NCBI RefSeq assembly: GCF_009834535.1
Contig: NC_045712.1
Location: 25,482,001-25,546,000, forward strand
DNA length: 64,000 nt
Reading direction: 5' to 3'
From: Camelus ferus
Lineage: Eukaryota
The notes under the pieces are model-generated. The model saw nothing but the letters and a program-made list of their open reading frames with translations. It had not been told where the DNA came from and ran no database searches. Of this stretch, positions 24,401 through 36,400 are shown piece by piece (the first letter of the stretch is position 1; every line of letters starts with the position of its first letter). The position numbers and the translations under genes were made by a program.

Positions 24401-27400
24401 GTGGTCTGCGGCAAGAGGGAACAGAGGGGTCAAAGGTGGAGGAGGTCTGTGTTGGGCAGATGCCACCAGGGGAAAGAGCAAGTAGAGGTGGCGAGGGAGA
24501 GATGAGACCAAAGGCCTTGATCACCCAGTTATGGGGGAGGGGCATGCCCAAGAAGGTGGACAGATGCCCTGATGAGGGCACCTGGGACGTCCCAGGGTGC
24601 TCACTAGTTGAGGCAGGTGGGGACATGAAACAAGTCTGGTGGGTTAGGGCCTAGGGGGGTCAAAATGTGGTCACAGAGGGACCACACCACCTATCCGTCT
24701 GCCACTCAAGGCTGACTGCCCTGGGAGAGCAGACTCCGCTTTCTGATTTGCTATTGAGCATCCCTAGTGTCAAGATGGCACCTGGCATTGTCCGGGCTCT
24801 GGGCACGTTATTAAATGAACAAGTGAGTGAATGAGTGAGGAGGGACAGGCCAGTGGCCTCAGGAGTGGGAGAGGAGCCAGAGAAAAGCAGATGCAGAGAG
24901 TGACGGTGAGGCTGGGGAGAGGCCACAGAACCCCTGATGCACTGGGAGAGGAGGAGCAGCGCAGGAGGGGAGGCAGGAAGACAGACTGTTCCTCGTAGGG
25001 AACCACATGGGGAACTGGGGTTTAAAAATGGCATCTGCTTAAGTTTATGGGACATGAAAAGTTCAGGGGATGTGGCAATGGGAGAGGCAAGGAGAGGCGT
25101 GCACGTGCCAGAGGCCTGAGAGGGCAGGGAACATCGAGGGGCCGCACAACCCGCACAATCTGACTAGTCCGTGGGCTCGGGGAGGGCAGCCGCTGCTGGT
25201 CAAGGCCACACCTGCTCACCTGGGAGTAGACGGTGGCGTGGACCCAGGCAAGACGGCGACTCAGGTGATCCAGCTTTTCTGAGAAGACTTTCTGGCTCTT
25301 GGTCAGCTCCGCCAGGATGTCTTTCCTCTGCCACCAAAGAAGGGAGGACAATCAGGACATGGCCCCATGCCCAGACCCAAGGCAGCCTTGCAGGGGCCCC
25401 GCTGGTACCCGGGGCAGGCCCGGCTCCACTCTTCAAAACCTCCTCGGCCTCTGACCTGCAGGTGAGCCCGAGCAAGACAGGGCACGGGTGCCTCTTAGAA
25501 CGTGGAAGTGAGATGCGGCTGGGGGGTGTGAGCCGAGCCACTGAGTGGGACACTCCAGGGCTGCCCTGCTAGAACTGCGGCTCCGGCCAAGCCCAGGGCT
25601 CTGTGGACAAGTAGGGGCCAGGGGCTGCTAGGGAAGCCCAGAATGGGCACATTTGGCTCTGCCTGCCAGGTAGAAGAGCTACAGCCAAGGGGCTCCAGGG
25701 GAGTGGGGGAGGCAGGCCCTGCTTCCTGCTGACTCCGCAAGTGGCCGAGGAAGCACTCAGGGTCGAATCCATAATTGATGAGGAGAGTGACTCTGCGTCA
25801 GCACTTAGTAGCCTGGGGTGGGGACACTTAGCACAGACCAAGGCTGGCTAATGGGGCTCAGGTCGTGCCCAGCCCTGGTGCCAACCCCACTCTCACTGAC
25901 ATGGTCTGGCCAGGTTGTGGGTGCGGACGAGGAGAGTGGCTAGGAAACCCTTGAGGCAGGGGCAGGGCAGCAGATTTCCCTCACAGACTGCCCTGGGGAC
26001 CACAAGCCAGCAAGCTGCCCTCTTCAACATCCCCCCCGACAAAGACCCACTTGCCCATCTACCTTACCCCCTTGGGGCACCGGCGGAGCTTGTCCTCCGT
26101 GTCCCTCAGAGCCACCGCGTACTCATTGACATCATCGGACACACCCACCATCTAAAGCACCAGATACCACATGTCTAGGGTGACCCTTGGACAGCTCATG
26201 CAGGTTTCTCCAGCCTGGACCCCTGCCCCACCAAACCCTCAACCTAAGGCCCAGGACAGCCCCCTCCCACAAAAGTCAACCAGGTCAGGCCCAAATGGCA
26301 CTGGCAGAAACCAGTCATGCTGTGGCATATGCTTGTGTGCAGTCATACAGGCACCCGACACGTGTGCACATGTGCATCACACAAACACGCAGAACCATGA
26401 CACGCGCAGGGACCAGTGGTGTGAGACCTTGCCCAGCTGCTGGTGAACGCTGAGGTTATACATCATGACAGCACCGTCCAGGACTTCCAGCAGGGAGTTC
26501 TCGGTGAGAGGCTGCTCAGGCTCCTCAGGGGGCCGCCCCAGCAGCAGGCCCTCGTTCCAGTGGCTGCCCTCGACTAGGGAGCAGGAGAAGAGCAGGGTCA
26601 GAGGCAGGGGCAGGGTCACTCCAGTTCCCTAAGCCTATGGAGCTGGGATGGGCCTCAAAGCAGGAGAAGGAAGCCCTCTCCCCCAGCCTGAGCCCAAGGA
26701 GGGACCTGCAGGAAAAATGTGGAGGGAGGGGCAGGGAAGGTGCTGCATGCCAGGACCTATTTCTAGAGCATCGATTTCCTGCCTTCAGAGTACACTTCCC
26801 ACGACCTTGAGACACTGCCAGGCCACAGGACCAGGAGGGAAGGGGGTGGATTCTGGGTTTGTTCAGGGTGGGGAGCTACACAGGGCAGAAGCATCCTTCA
26901 GTGCCATGCCTGGCCCTGCCTGGCACCTACTGTCCTCACGGGTCCTCTGCTCTGCGCTCAGCGTGCGGACCTTCACTTTCTCCGAGGTGCTCAGAGGCCG
27001 TCGGGGAGTCATCAGGCTCACAGCTGCTGTGCTGAGGAAGCGGTTGGCTCGGCCCAGGGTTGGAGAACTGAGCCAGCCGGGCCGAGGCAGGGGCAGCGAG
27101 CCCCCTATGGCCAGGGCCTGCATGGGGCGCTGTGGTGGAGAGAGGAGGCCAGACGCCACTCAGCTCCCCGGGACCTGGGGCCCCTTAGGGCTCCCTGGAT
27201 TCATGGAGCTGGGGAACGGGACAGTGAGAGAGCACCGGCTGGCTGGGCAGGAGGCCTCGCAGGGCCCCATTTACCACTGAACCTGCGCCTCACCCTCCAC
27301 CCACTCCAACCCAGCTTTCACTTAGCATCCCAAGGCCCTGTGTCTCCCAGGGACTCTGTGGCAGGAGGCGTTCCCCACTGCATCCCCAGCAATTCATGCC

Positions 27401-30400
27401 TCCACCTACAGCAGGGGAACCAGCCTGGTGAGAAGCTCCTAGCCTGCACGGAAGGGGAGATGGCCCCGTGTGACACCCCTGCCCTTGATAGTGGGACAGC
27501 CCAACACGAAGCCCCCTGCCCGCCCCTACCGCGGCACCTGGGCCGCAGCCGGGGCTGGCTCCTCATCCTCGTCCAGGTCATCCATGGTGGCTGCCTGGAG
27601 CTCCAGTGGGTCGATCAGGATGTTGGCCTTGGTGGCAAGGTCATCTGGGAGGAATGGCAGAAGGGCTCTCAGGCCAGTGGAGGGGTGAGGGGTCACAGGT
27701 GGAACTGCTCAGGACAGCGAGAGGGCACTGGCTGGCTGGGTAGGAGGCTCTGCAGGGTCCCATTTATAACTGTGCCTGGGCCTCCACCCCTCTACTCCAA
27801 CCCATCCTTCATCTTCCATCTCAAGGCCCTGCGTCTTGCAGGGTAAGTCCTGCTGAGTGAGGCAGGAGGCATTCCCCATCACACCCCATCATTCCCTCTG
27901 TCTTTATTTCCATATCCTCACACTCTCCAGCGCCCCTCTACTTCTCTGACTGTTCCACTGTTGCCTTCCTTGTCCTGCCCCCAACACAGAAGGAGGTCCA
28001 GAGCTGCCCAGGCCTCTCCTTGCCTCACTCCAGGCTTCATCCCACCTTTACGCTGACAGCCAAACCCACCATCTCTGCCTCCAGCCCAGGCTGTGGTCCT
28101 GGCTGCGTCACTGGAACCTCAAGCACATCAAACTTGTCATCTCCTGCAGCTCCTCTCCCTGATGGTGCCCCATCCCCACAGCCTCCCTCCCCTTCACCCG
28201 TGCCCTCCCCACTTCCTGCTACCTGGACAACCGGCCTGTCCCCGTGCTCGGCCCTTGCACTCCACCCTCCACACCGCAGCAGCCAGAGGGAGCTTCCTCC
28301 CACACAGACCCCTGACCTCACTCCTTTACCCTTAAGACCTTCCAAAGCTACCCCTGCCCTGGAAGGAGCCTACACTCTCTTTGCAGCTCCCAAGGCCCTC
28401 AGACTCTGCCCTTGAGACCCCTTGCCTCTCACTTCCTCTCCAGCACAGCAGCTGCTTCTGTCTCCAGGCCAGGCTGGGCCATTCCTGGCACTGCTGCCAT
28501 TGCTCACACCGTGCTCTCAGCCCTCTGCACCGCGGCCACTTGAGCTCAGGCAGCAAATGCACACAACCCCACCGCACCCCTCCCCAAGATCCCATGGTTC
28601 CCTCCTCCACCCGCACAGCTGCCCCCTATTTCATTACAGGGCTCCTAGATGTCCTCTGGGGCGGATGCACAAGGGAAGGAATGGATGGACCCAAGACCTG
28701 AGGCAGAGTGGCCCATCAGTCTCCTGTGGAGCAGGGTGAGACTCGGGAGCCCTCTGGTGGACACAGCGAAACTCAGCGCTCACAGCGGAGATGGCTCAGG
28801 GCCTCCCCACCCTGCCCGGCTCACTGCCCACGGGCCTGCACGTACCTTTGAGGGTCTTCCGAAGATGCGAGAGGAGGCCTCCAAGACGCTGTAGGTCGAA
28901 GTAGTCTACCTTGCCATTATAGAAGACTTGGGGAGGGATGTAGGCCTCTGCAATGAGTTGGGAGGCCCAGCCAGCAGTCAGAGCCCAATAGGAAGACCCT
29001 CCGAGAGGCCCCCCCTCTACTCTGGCTCAGTACAGAGGGTACCCAGGCCTTGGCCTCCTGCCTGACTAAGCTTCCCCTACCACCCACCCTCTACCATTTC
29101 ACCTCAGTGCCAGCAACTGTATAGCTTAGGAGGAAGGGGGCATTCTTGGCTGCAGGTCACTCAGGGGAGAGCCAGAGAGGGCCCTGATCCAGCCCCATGG
29201 GAGACCCCCCCAACCCAGGCTCCCACTGACCCTTGAGGACTCTCTCCCACACAAACACAGGACCCCCAGCACCTCAGAGCCCACCTAAGGCATCCCTGAC
29301 AAGGGACTGCTGAGGGCTGGGCAGGCAAGGACTAAGAAAATGGGCCAGTACAGGACAGGAACCTGCAGGGACCATCAGAGCAAACACGGGCTCAGCAGTC
29401 GTAGAGTACAGGGTACAGGGCTCCTGCGACCCGGTGGGGAGGACTCAATAAGGCAGGAGGCCAGGGCAGCTTCCGCCAACCCCGCCCTCAGCCAGCACTC
29501 CACAGCAACACCAGGGACTGCCCTGTGCCTGCCTCCACTCAGCCTCTGACTGAAGGCCCGGCCGCACTCACCCTCACTGAAGGACGCACGGGGGTTCGAA
29601 GCCTTGTATTCATCCCAGTAGTGGCGCAGGGCTGAGATCAAGCGATGCAAAAAGCAGACCATGTACTCGGGTGGGCAGAGCATGGGCATGTTCTGCAGGT
29701 ATAGGGTGGAAGACACTCATTAGTGCAGCCCAGAGGCCAGCCCACTCCTCGTCCAAGGCCCTGCCCCAGGACCCTGGGCTGAGTGTGGAGGGCAGCGGGA
29801 CAGGGGAGGAATAGGACTAGGCAGGGATGAAGCAGGCGGAGAGGGGCCAGAAGCCCAGGTGCAAATGCTGTGACACAGCCAGGGGGCCGCGGTGGGCTGG
29901 CCTGGTGGATACCTACCCCCCGGCCATTGGCATTCTCTTGCAGAAACTTTCGGAACTTGGTCAGGAAAATGTACCTAGAAGCTTCACCCTTCAGCGGAAG
30001 GAAAAAGGAGGCTGGGATGAGCTGAGGATACTGACCCCAGACTGGACTAGCTCAGTGTCCTGCCCTGCCCCAGGCAGCCGAGCTAGCCCGGCCTGCTGGG
30101 TCTCCAGGAACAGCCTGGCACTCCTTCCCACCAGGGACCCAGGCAGGGGTCTGGGAGTCAGTCACTCACCCCATTTTCATCTTTATTGTTCAACAGTAGC
30201 TTTAGGATCTGGACCTGTAGTTCTTCCACCACTGAGGGTTGAGTAGGGTAGAGAACAGTACAGCCACCTTAGGCAGAGCCTGGCCTTCAGGCTCCCAGGG
30301 ATGGGAAGGGGTAGCAGGTTTAGACCAGGGCTCTACCACCAGGGTTCCCTGAGCCCAACCTAAGCACAGGGACTACCAGGTGCCCCCAAGTACGTGTGCA

Positions 30401-33400
30401 CACAAATCCTCCACCCCCTACCCAGTGCCCGAGGCAGGCGGCTGACCTTCAATGCGCTTCTTGAGCCTTTGGCAGCCCCGTTCATAAGCGCGCCGCCGGA
30501 GCCGCTCCTCCGCTGTCTCATCCTTCATCTCCTTACTCTCTCTGCCCTGGGCAGGGGCAGGGGTAGGGGGATGGAAGCTGGCAAGACTCAGCCAGGGCTT
30601 ACCCAGGTCTACGTCAGACAAAAGACCCCCACTCCCTCCCCCAGAGCAGGAAGGGGCCTCACGGGCTGAGTGCCAGGCAGCTCAGATACCCTGGGCTGGC
30701 CCTCACTGTGACCGCGGCCCACCCCACTCAGGTCTGCCCACCTCCCTGCTGGAGCGGTGGGGCCACCAGGTGGTGGGGATGAGCTCCTGCAGGCCAGCCT
30801 CCTCCACACGCAGGGGGCTCTTGATATAAAAGAAGACAACGGACCGGAGCACGTCGAAGCTGGTGGTCGTCAAGGAAGAGCTATGCTCACTACAGATGCC
30901 CCACGCCCCCTCGTGAGTCTTCCCTGGGAAGCCCTCCCAAAACCTGCCCACCTCCGGGTGTGCCCACCATGGCTCTCCCACTCCCCGGGGTGCCACTGCT
31001 GCTCTGTGCCCGTATCCCTGACGGTGAACCTGGAGAAAGAGCTGTGGCCGTCAAACCCCCAAGCCCAATTCCCAGCAGGGACACAAGAAAAGCTTGTCAC
31101 AGGAACAGATGACTGTGGTACAGGCTGGAGAGAGGGCCCAGCAGCCTCTCCATTGGTTTCTGCCTTTTGGAGGCTGAGGACCCCAAGAGAAAAGACAGCA
31201 GCTAGCACAGGCTTTCCAGCCAGGGGCCTGAAGCTCTGCTCTCCCTCCTACTCCTGCAGTTCTCCACAGTTTTGGGAAACAGGAGCTGACTCCTTAAAGA
31301 TCTCGTAGGAGCCCTCACCGTGGAATCAGATAAAAATGCAGCGCTTTGGCTGAAGAGGGTAGGTCCTGGCAGCACCCCCATACCTCCGTGCAGCTCAAGA
31401 GCCTGCAGCCATCTGGAAATCCCTGCTCAGGCTGGCCAGCCAGCTGGGTCCTTTGCTCTACCCTCCCTGCTCTGGAGAGAAAGTGCTGGGAAGGCTGGGT
31501 CTTGGAACAAGGACTCACATCTTGGGTGGCTCTGTCCTCCTGAGCCTCCACAGGGACCCGTGGCCAGAGGCACACCACCCTCCCTGGCCTCTGCTGACCC
31601 CAGAGGGCACCACACATTTGGCCTGCCTGGCAGCAAGGGGAGGATACAGGACGTTGTTAAGCAGAAATTTGCGGGACTTCTGATGACTCAGGATGGCGAT
31701 AGTGAGCCGCAGGTAGCGGATCTGTGGGGAGAGGGTGCTCAGAATGGGCTGGGGAGGCCCAGGGAGCTCAGGGCAGAGGCTGGAGCTCCTACCTGCAGGC
31801 CCAGGTCTGGGACGATGGGTGAGAATCGGTACAGCCGCAACAGGGACATCATCAACTGCTTGAGGCAATCCTGTACCTCATAGTCCTAGAAGGGGGAGGC
31901 CAGGCTGCACACCTATGCTGAGGGCCGGCTCTGGGAAAGCCATTGGTGGGGCCTTCTCCAGCACCCTCCCTGTACCTCCCCCATCTCAGTGGAGGCTGAC
32001 ATCCCAGCCTGGGGCTTGAGGTCTGACGCCTCACCTCCATGAAGAGCCACAGAAGGTCCAGGACCTGGTGCATCACAGAATGCGCCTGCGCCTGCGCCTG
32101 TGCAGGGGTGCCTGCCTCCACGATGCCCAACATGAAGCTCACAAGCACAGCCTCCACCAGGTACACCTGGCGCTGCACCGAGGGTGGGCACTGGTGAGGC
32201 GGTGGCCTTCTGCCCCACTCAGCGTCCCCCTGCCCTGGCTGGTGGCCAAAGACTCTTGGGCCCCTTCAAGCAGCCTCAGGACATAGATGAGCCCTTCCAG
32301 GGTCTGACTGAGACACAAGAAAGCCCACTGTCCCACAGCCCTCCTGGGGCTTTGCACATGCAGTTCCCATGGCCTGTGATCTCATCACCCCTTGATCTTC
32401 TTTCCAGGATGTCCCCTGACACCCTCAGCTGGAAGCGTCTCCTCATTCCCTTGGTGACATCTTTGAGGCCTGAGGCGCCCGACGGGATGGTTCTGTCACA
32501 CGCCTCAGCATCCCAGCCCCCAGCACAGGCGTTTCTACCGCGGCCTGCCCCCCACCACACCATGGCCCCTCACCAAGAGAGGTGCGAAGTGATGGAAGAT
32601 GTGGGCCAGTGTGAGGAGGATGGTGGGCTGTCCCTGCAATTGCCACTCAGAGATTTCCTTTTCCACCAGCTGCCCTTCCTGTGTATGAAGGAGGAGGGAG
32701 GATTGTGAGGGGCAGAGGGCAGTGGCAAGCCCCCAGCTCAGCTGGCCCAGACTCTGGCTCACCACGGGGTCCAGTTCCACGCTGAGCACTGCCCGGAAGC
32801 AGCCCAGCAACTTCTGCGCCCGCATCAGGTCAGTGCACGGTGGGTCCTGCAGGGGCCGGTAGCCCGCCACCGGGTAGGTGCCACAGAGTTAAGCCAGCAA
32901 TGCCTGATCTGTGGCTCAGAACACCCACCCCTCCCTCCAAGACTCCTGGGGCAGGGCCTGGTTCACACCACAACTCTCCCACTTCTCTGCGGAATGAAAC
33001 TTCTCCTGCCGCTTCACATTCATCTGTCCAACGGAAACAGTAATGGTACCCACCTAACAAGGTTGCTGCAAGAATCACCCTTGGCACCTGCCTAAGCTGT
33101 ACCCTACTCACTCCTCATGGCAGCAGGGCCCACCACCTGCTCACAGAGCTCCTGGAGCAGGGAGCCCCCAGTCCCAGCTTCCCAGCAGCCCACAGTCTTT
33201 TTCACAAAAGGATATCGCAGGGGACGGCTGCCAAAGTTGAAGGCCACGGACTCTTTGAAGGAGAGGCTGATGGCTGGGAAGTAGGCCATGCCCAGACCCC
33301 TGGATAAGTTCTCAAAGGCGGTGCCCAGTGACACACCATTCCTGGAGCAGAAGGGAGGGCCTGTGAGCCATTTCTAAGAAGAATGTGGCCGAAATGGACC

Positions 33401-36400
33401 TGTGAACCAGCCTGTTGGGGCTGCCCACCCTTAGGTGACCAAAACCAGCCTGGCCCCCTTCCAGGGTCCAGGAAACTGAGGGCAGCTTGGGGAGGCCCCA
33501 GAGGCCAGGCCTGTGGATAGAGGCAGGAGACTCACAGGCAAAAGGACAGAGTGCCATCATCCAGGTCGATCAGGCAGCTCACGATGTCCCCCGCTGCCCA
33601 CGCCTGCCAGGGGAGGAGGCCTTACAGATGTGCAGAAGCCCAGCAGCCTGCCCACTCTGCCCCCAGAGCTGTGTCTCCACTACCACTCAGGGGAGACCGG
33701 CCATAAGGGCAGAGGACCTGAGTCCCATCCCCTCCCTGGTGCCCTACACTCCCTCACAGCTGCCCAGGGGTTCCCACCAAGCTGTGGGGATGGACACAGG
33801 GCGCGTGGGCTGCAGGGGCTCCGCCCTCACCTTGCCGTAATTCGTCGTGGTCACATTCCACTTGCGCACCCTGTTGCCGTCGTAGGCATAGGAGTTGTGT
33901 GTATCTCCAACCCCCTCCTAGGGAGAAGTGTCCATGAGGTCTGAGTGAGGTGGAGGGGGCAGAGCCAGAGCCTGCCAGCCACCAACCTTGAACCCTCATG
34001 GCTCTACAGAATGGGGCTGATGCTCTGAGGGGAAAAAATGAGAGCTGTTTTGGGCTGGGTTGCCCTGGGATGGGGTGGGACACATCCCTCCTCCAGAAAG
34101 CAGTCCAGGTTAGGGTGCTGAGCAGACCCTATGTGGGCTGGGATTGGGCGGTTGCCTAAGCCCCGAGGAGGCTGGGTGCAGTGGAAGGTCTCCCTAGGGG
34201 GGCCCCTCCCACACGCACCTCCTGATTGAAGCGGCAGTTGATTGTGCACCAGCCAATCTGCATGAGCCCCTGGGAGGAGATGAGCACCTCGTAGACCCAT
34301 TTCCCTGGAAAAAGGTACGTCAGACCCAGCAGGGAAACAAAGACTGCCTCCTGCCTCGGGTCTGGGCCCTCAAACTTCCTTCCAATTCCCCAGGCCACAG
34401 CAGGGCATGGTCTCACCTTTGTACACGCACGTGGTGGAGCGGATAGTACCGAAGTTGCTGTGTCCAATGACCTGGGTGAAGAGCAGGGGCAGTGAGCGTC
34501 CTCCCAGGCACACAGGGTGACTCCCCAAGGGAGAATAGCCCCATCCCAAGTCAGCTCGCCTTGGTGGTGGTGCCCGTTGTAGCCCACGCTGCACTGTGCC
34601 TGAACATGGCAGGAGGGCCTAGGCCTGTGTCAGGAAGGATTCTGGGCCAGGAGCATGAGAGGAGGGGCTCATAGTTGTTTTGGGAAGACCTTGGGGCTGG
34701 GGTCACACCAAGAGGGTTTCAGGGCTATGTTAGGAAGGTTTGGGGGCCAGGGATGCAATCGGCCACATCAGGAGGGGTTTGTGGCTACAGCCCCATCAAG
34801 AAAGATAGAGAGACCAGGGCCATATTAGGAGGATCTAGGGGCTGTGTCAGGAGGAACTTGGATCCGGACGCTTTGCTCTCGCTCACCCCTAGGAGGTCAT
34901 CATCCACCAGAAGAAGCCCCTCGAAGCCACCTGTGTGGTCCAGGACCACAGTGGATGGACCAAGCCGCCCTTCAACCTGTCCTGAAAAGGAGAGAGGTGG
35001 GTGTGGGTTGCACACGGCCCAGAGTCTGACAGATGCAGAGTGCACTGAGCCCCCCAGGGCGGCAGCCCCAGGTCCCCTAGGGCCCAGCCCTGGCTCCCCA
35101 ACCACATTCCAGAAGCTATTACATACCCTGGCTCTCTTCATTCTCATTGTCCACATGCAACAGCTGCTCCAGATGCTCTGGCAGGTTCTGGAAGTTCAGG
35201 AGTTTCCTGGGGAGAGTAAGAGGCTGCGAGGGGCCCAAAAGTCCTTGAAACCAGCCAGATGACACAAACCCCTCTCCCATTCCCTTTCCCCTGAGCCTCA
35301 GAGAATGGCTACCCAGACTCCAGAAAAAGGGTTGTGCCAGTCCCAGATTCTGGCATGCTGGGGGTCAGAAGACTGGAATATCTGCTAAATTAAAAATTAT
35401 GACCAATCCAATTTGGTGCACTTCAGGACTATTAAAACAAGGGGGGCGGGGTGCCTTTCTAAGGCTTAATCCCTTCATCTATAAAAATGGAAAAACAGCT
35501 GTCTGTCAGAGGTGCTATGAAGATTCCAAGGAATAATGCTCCCTGCGTAGCCCATAACCTGCCCACTCTTGAAGGTGGGCGAGGAAGGCTGGGAGAAGTG
35601 CTGATGCCCAAGATGGTCAGTACCAAGATCATCCAGTCCAGTCCTTGAACCCTGGTGTGTGGTCCCAGCCAGGGAAGCCTGTGTGTTGACCCAGACACGT
35701 CCTGGGAGGATGAAGAGCTCAGCCCTCTTAGCTGCTGGCTGGCTCGGTCCTGTACTCACCTCTATAGGAGAGGAGAGCACACGGCCTGCCACCTGCCCCA
35801 GCCAAAGGGGCTGGGAAAATCTGAGTGACTCCCTTATCCTCCCAGCACACATGCCCAGAGGAAAAAAGGCTCTGTCTAATGTCGGCCAGCTCAGTCCTGA
35901 GTTCAGCTGCTAAGAATAGCAGGGAATTGGGTGTCAGTAACTAGCGGGGATCAAAGAGCAGAGGCCTGATGTCCATCTGGATCCAGTCCACAGACTGCTG
36001 GCACCCATTCTTCCATCTCTAATCCTGGCTCCAACCCCAGTCATCCTCCTACAGAGTAGGCTCTGGAAGGGGGCGTAGGTGGACCAAAGCCCCAACTTTC
36101 TAGCAAGCTAGCTTCGACCCGGCACAGGGGCCAAATGTTCCCCTGCCATGAGCTACTAATGACCTGGAGCTGCAAGAAGTGGAGATACATGAAGCCTCCC
36201 ACCGACTCCTGCTGAGCCCCAGGTCAAGGCCAGGGAGCACTCTTGCAAATGGGTGCCAGGCCAGTAGCATGGAAAGCTGTAGCCAACCTCATCTCTGAAT
36301 ACCCTATTGGGTCCGTAGATAAAGGAGGCTTCCTCAGCAGTATTTCTTACAGGCCCACACTTGGAAGGGCTGCTCTAGTCTTGCGTCTGCTCTCAAGAGC

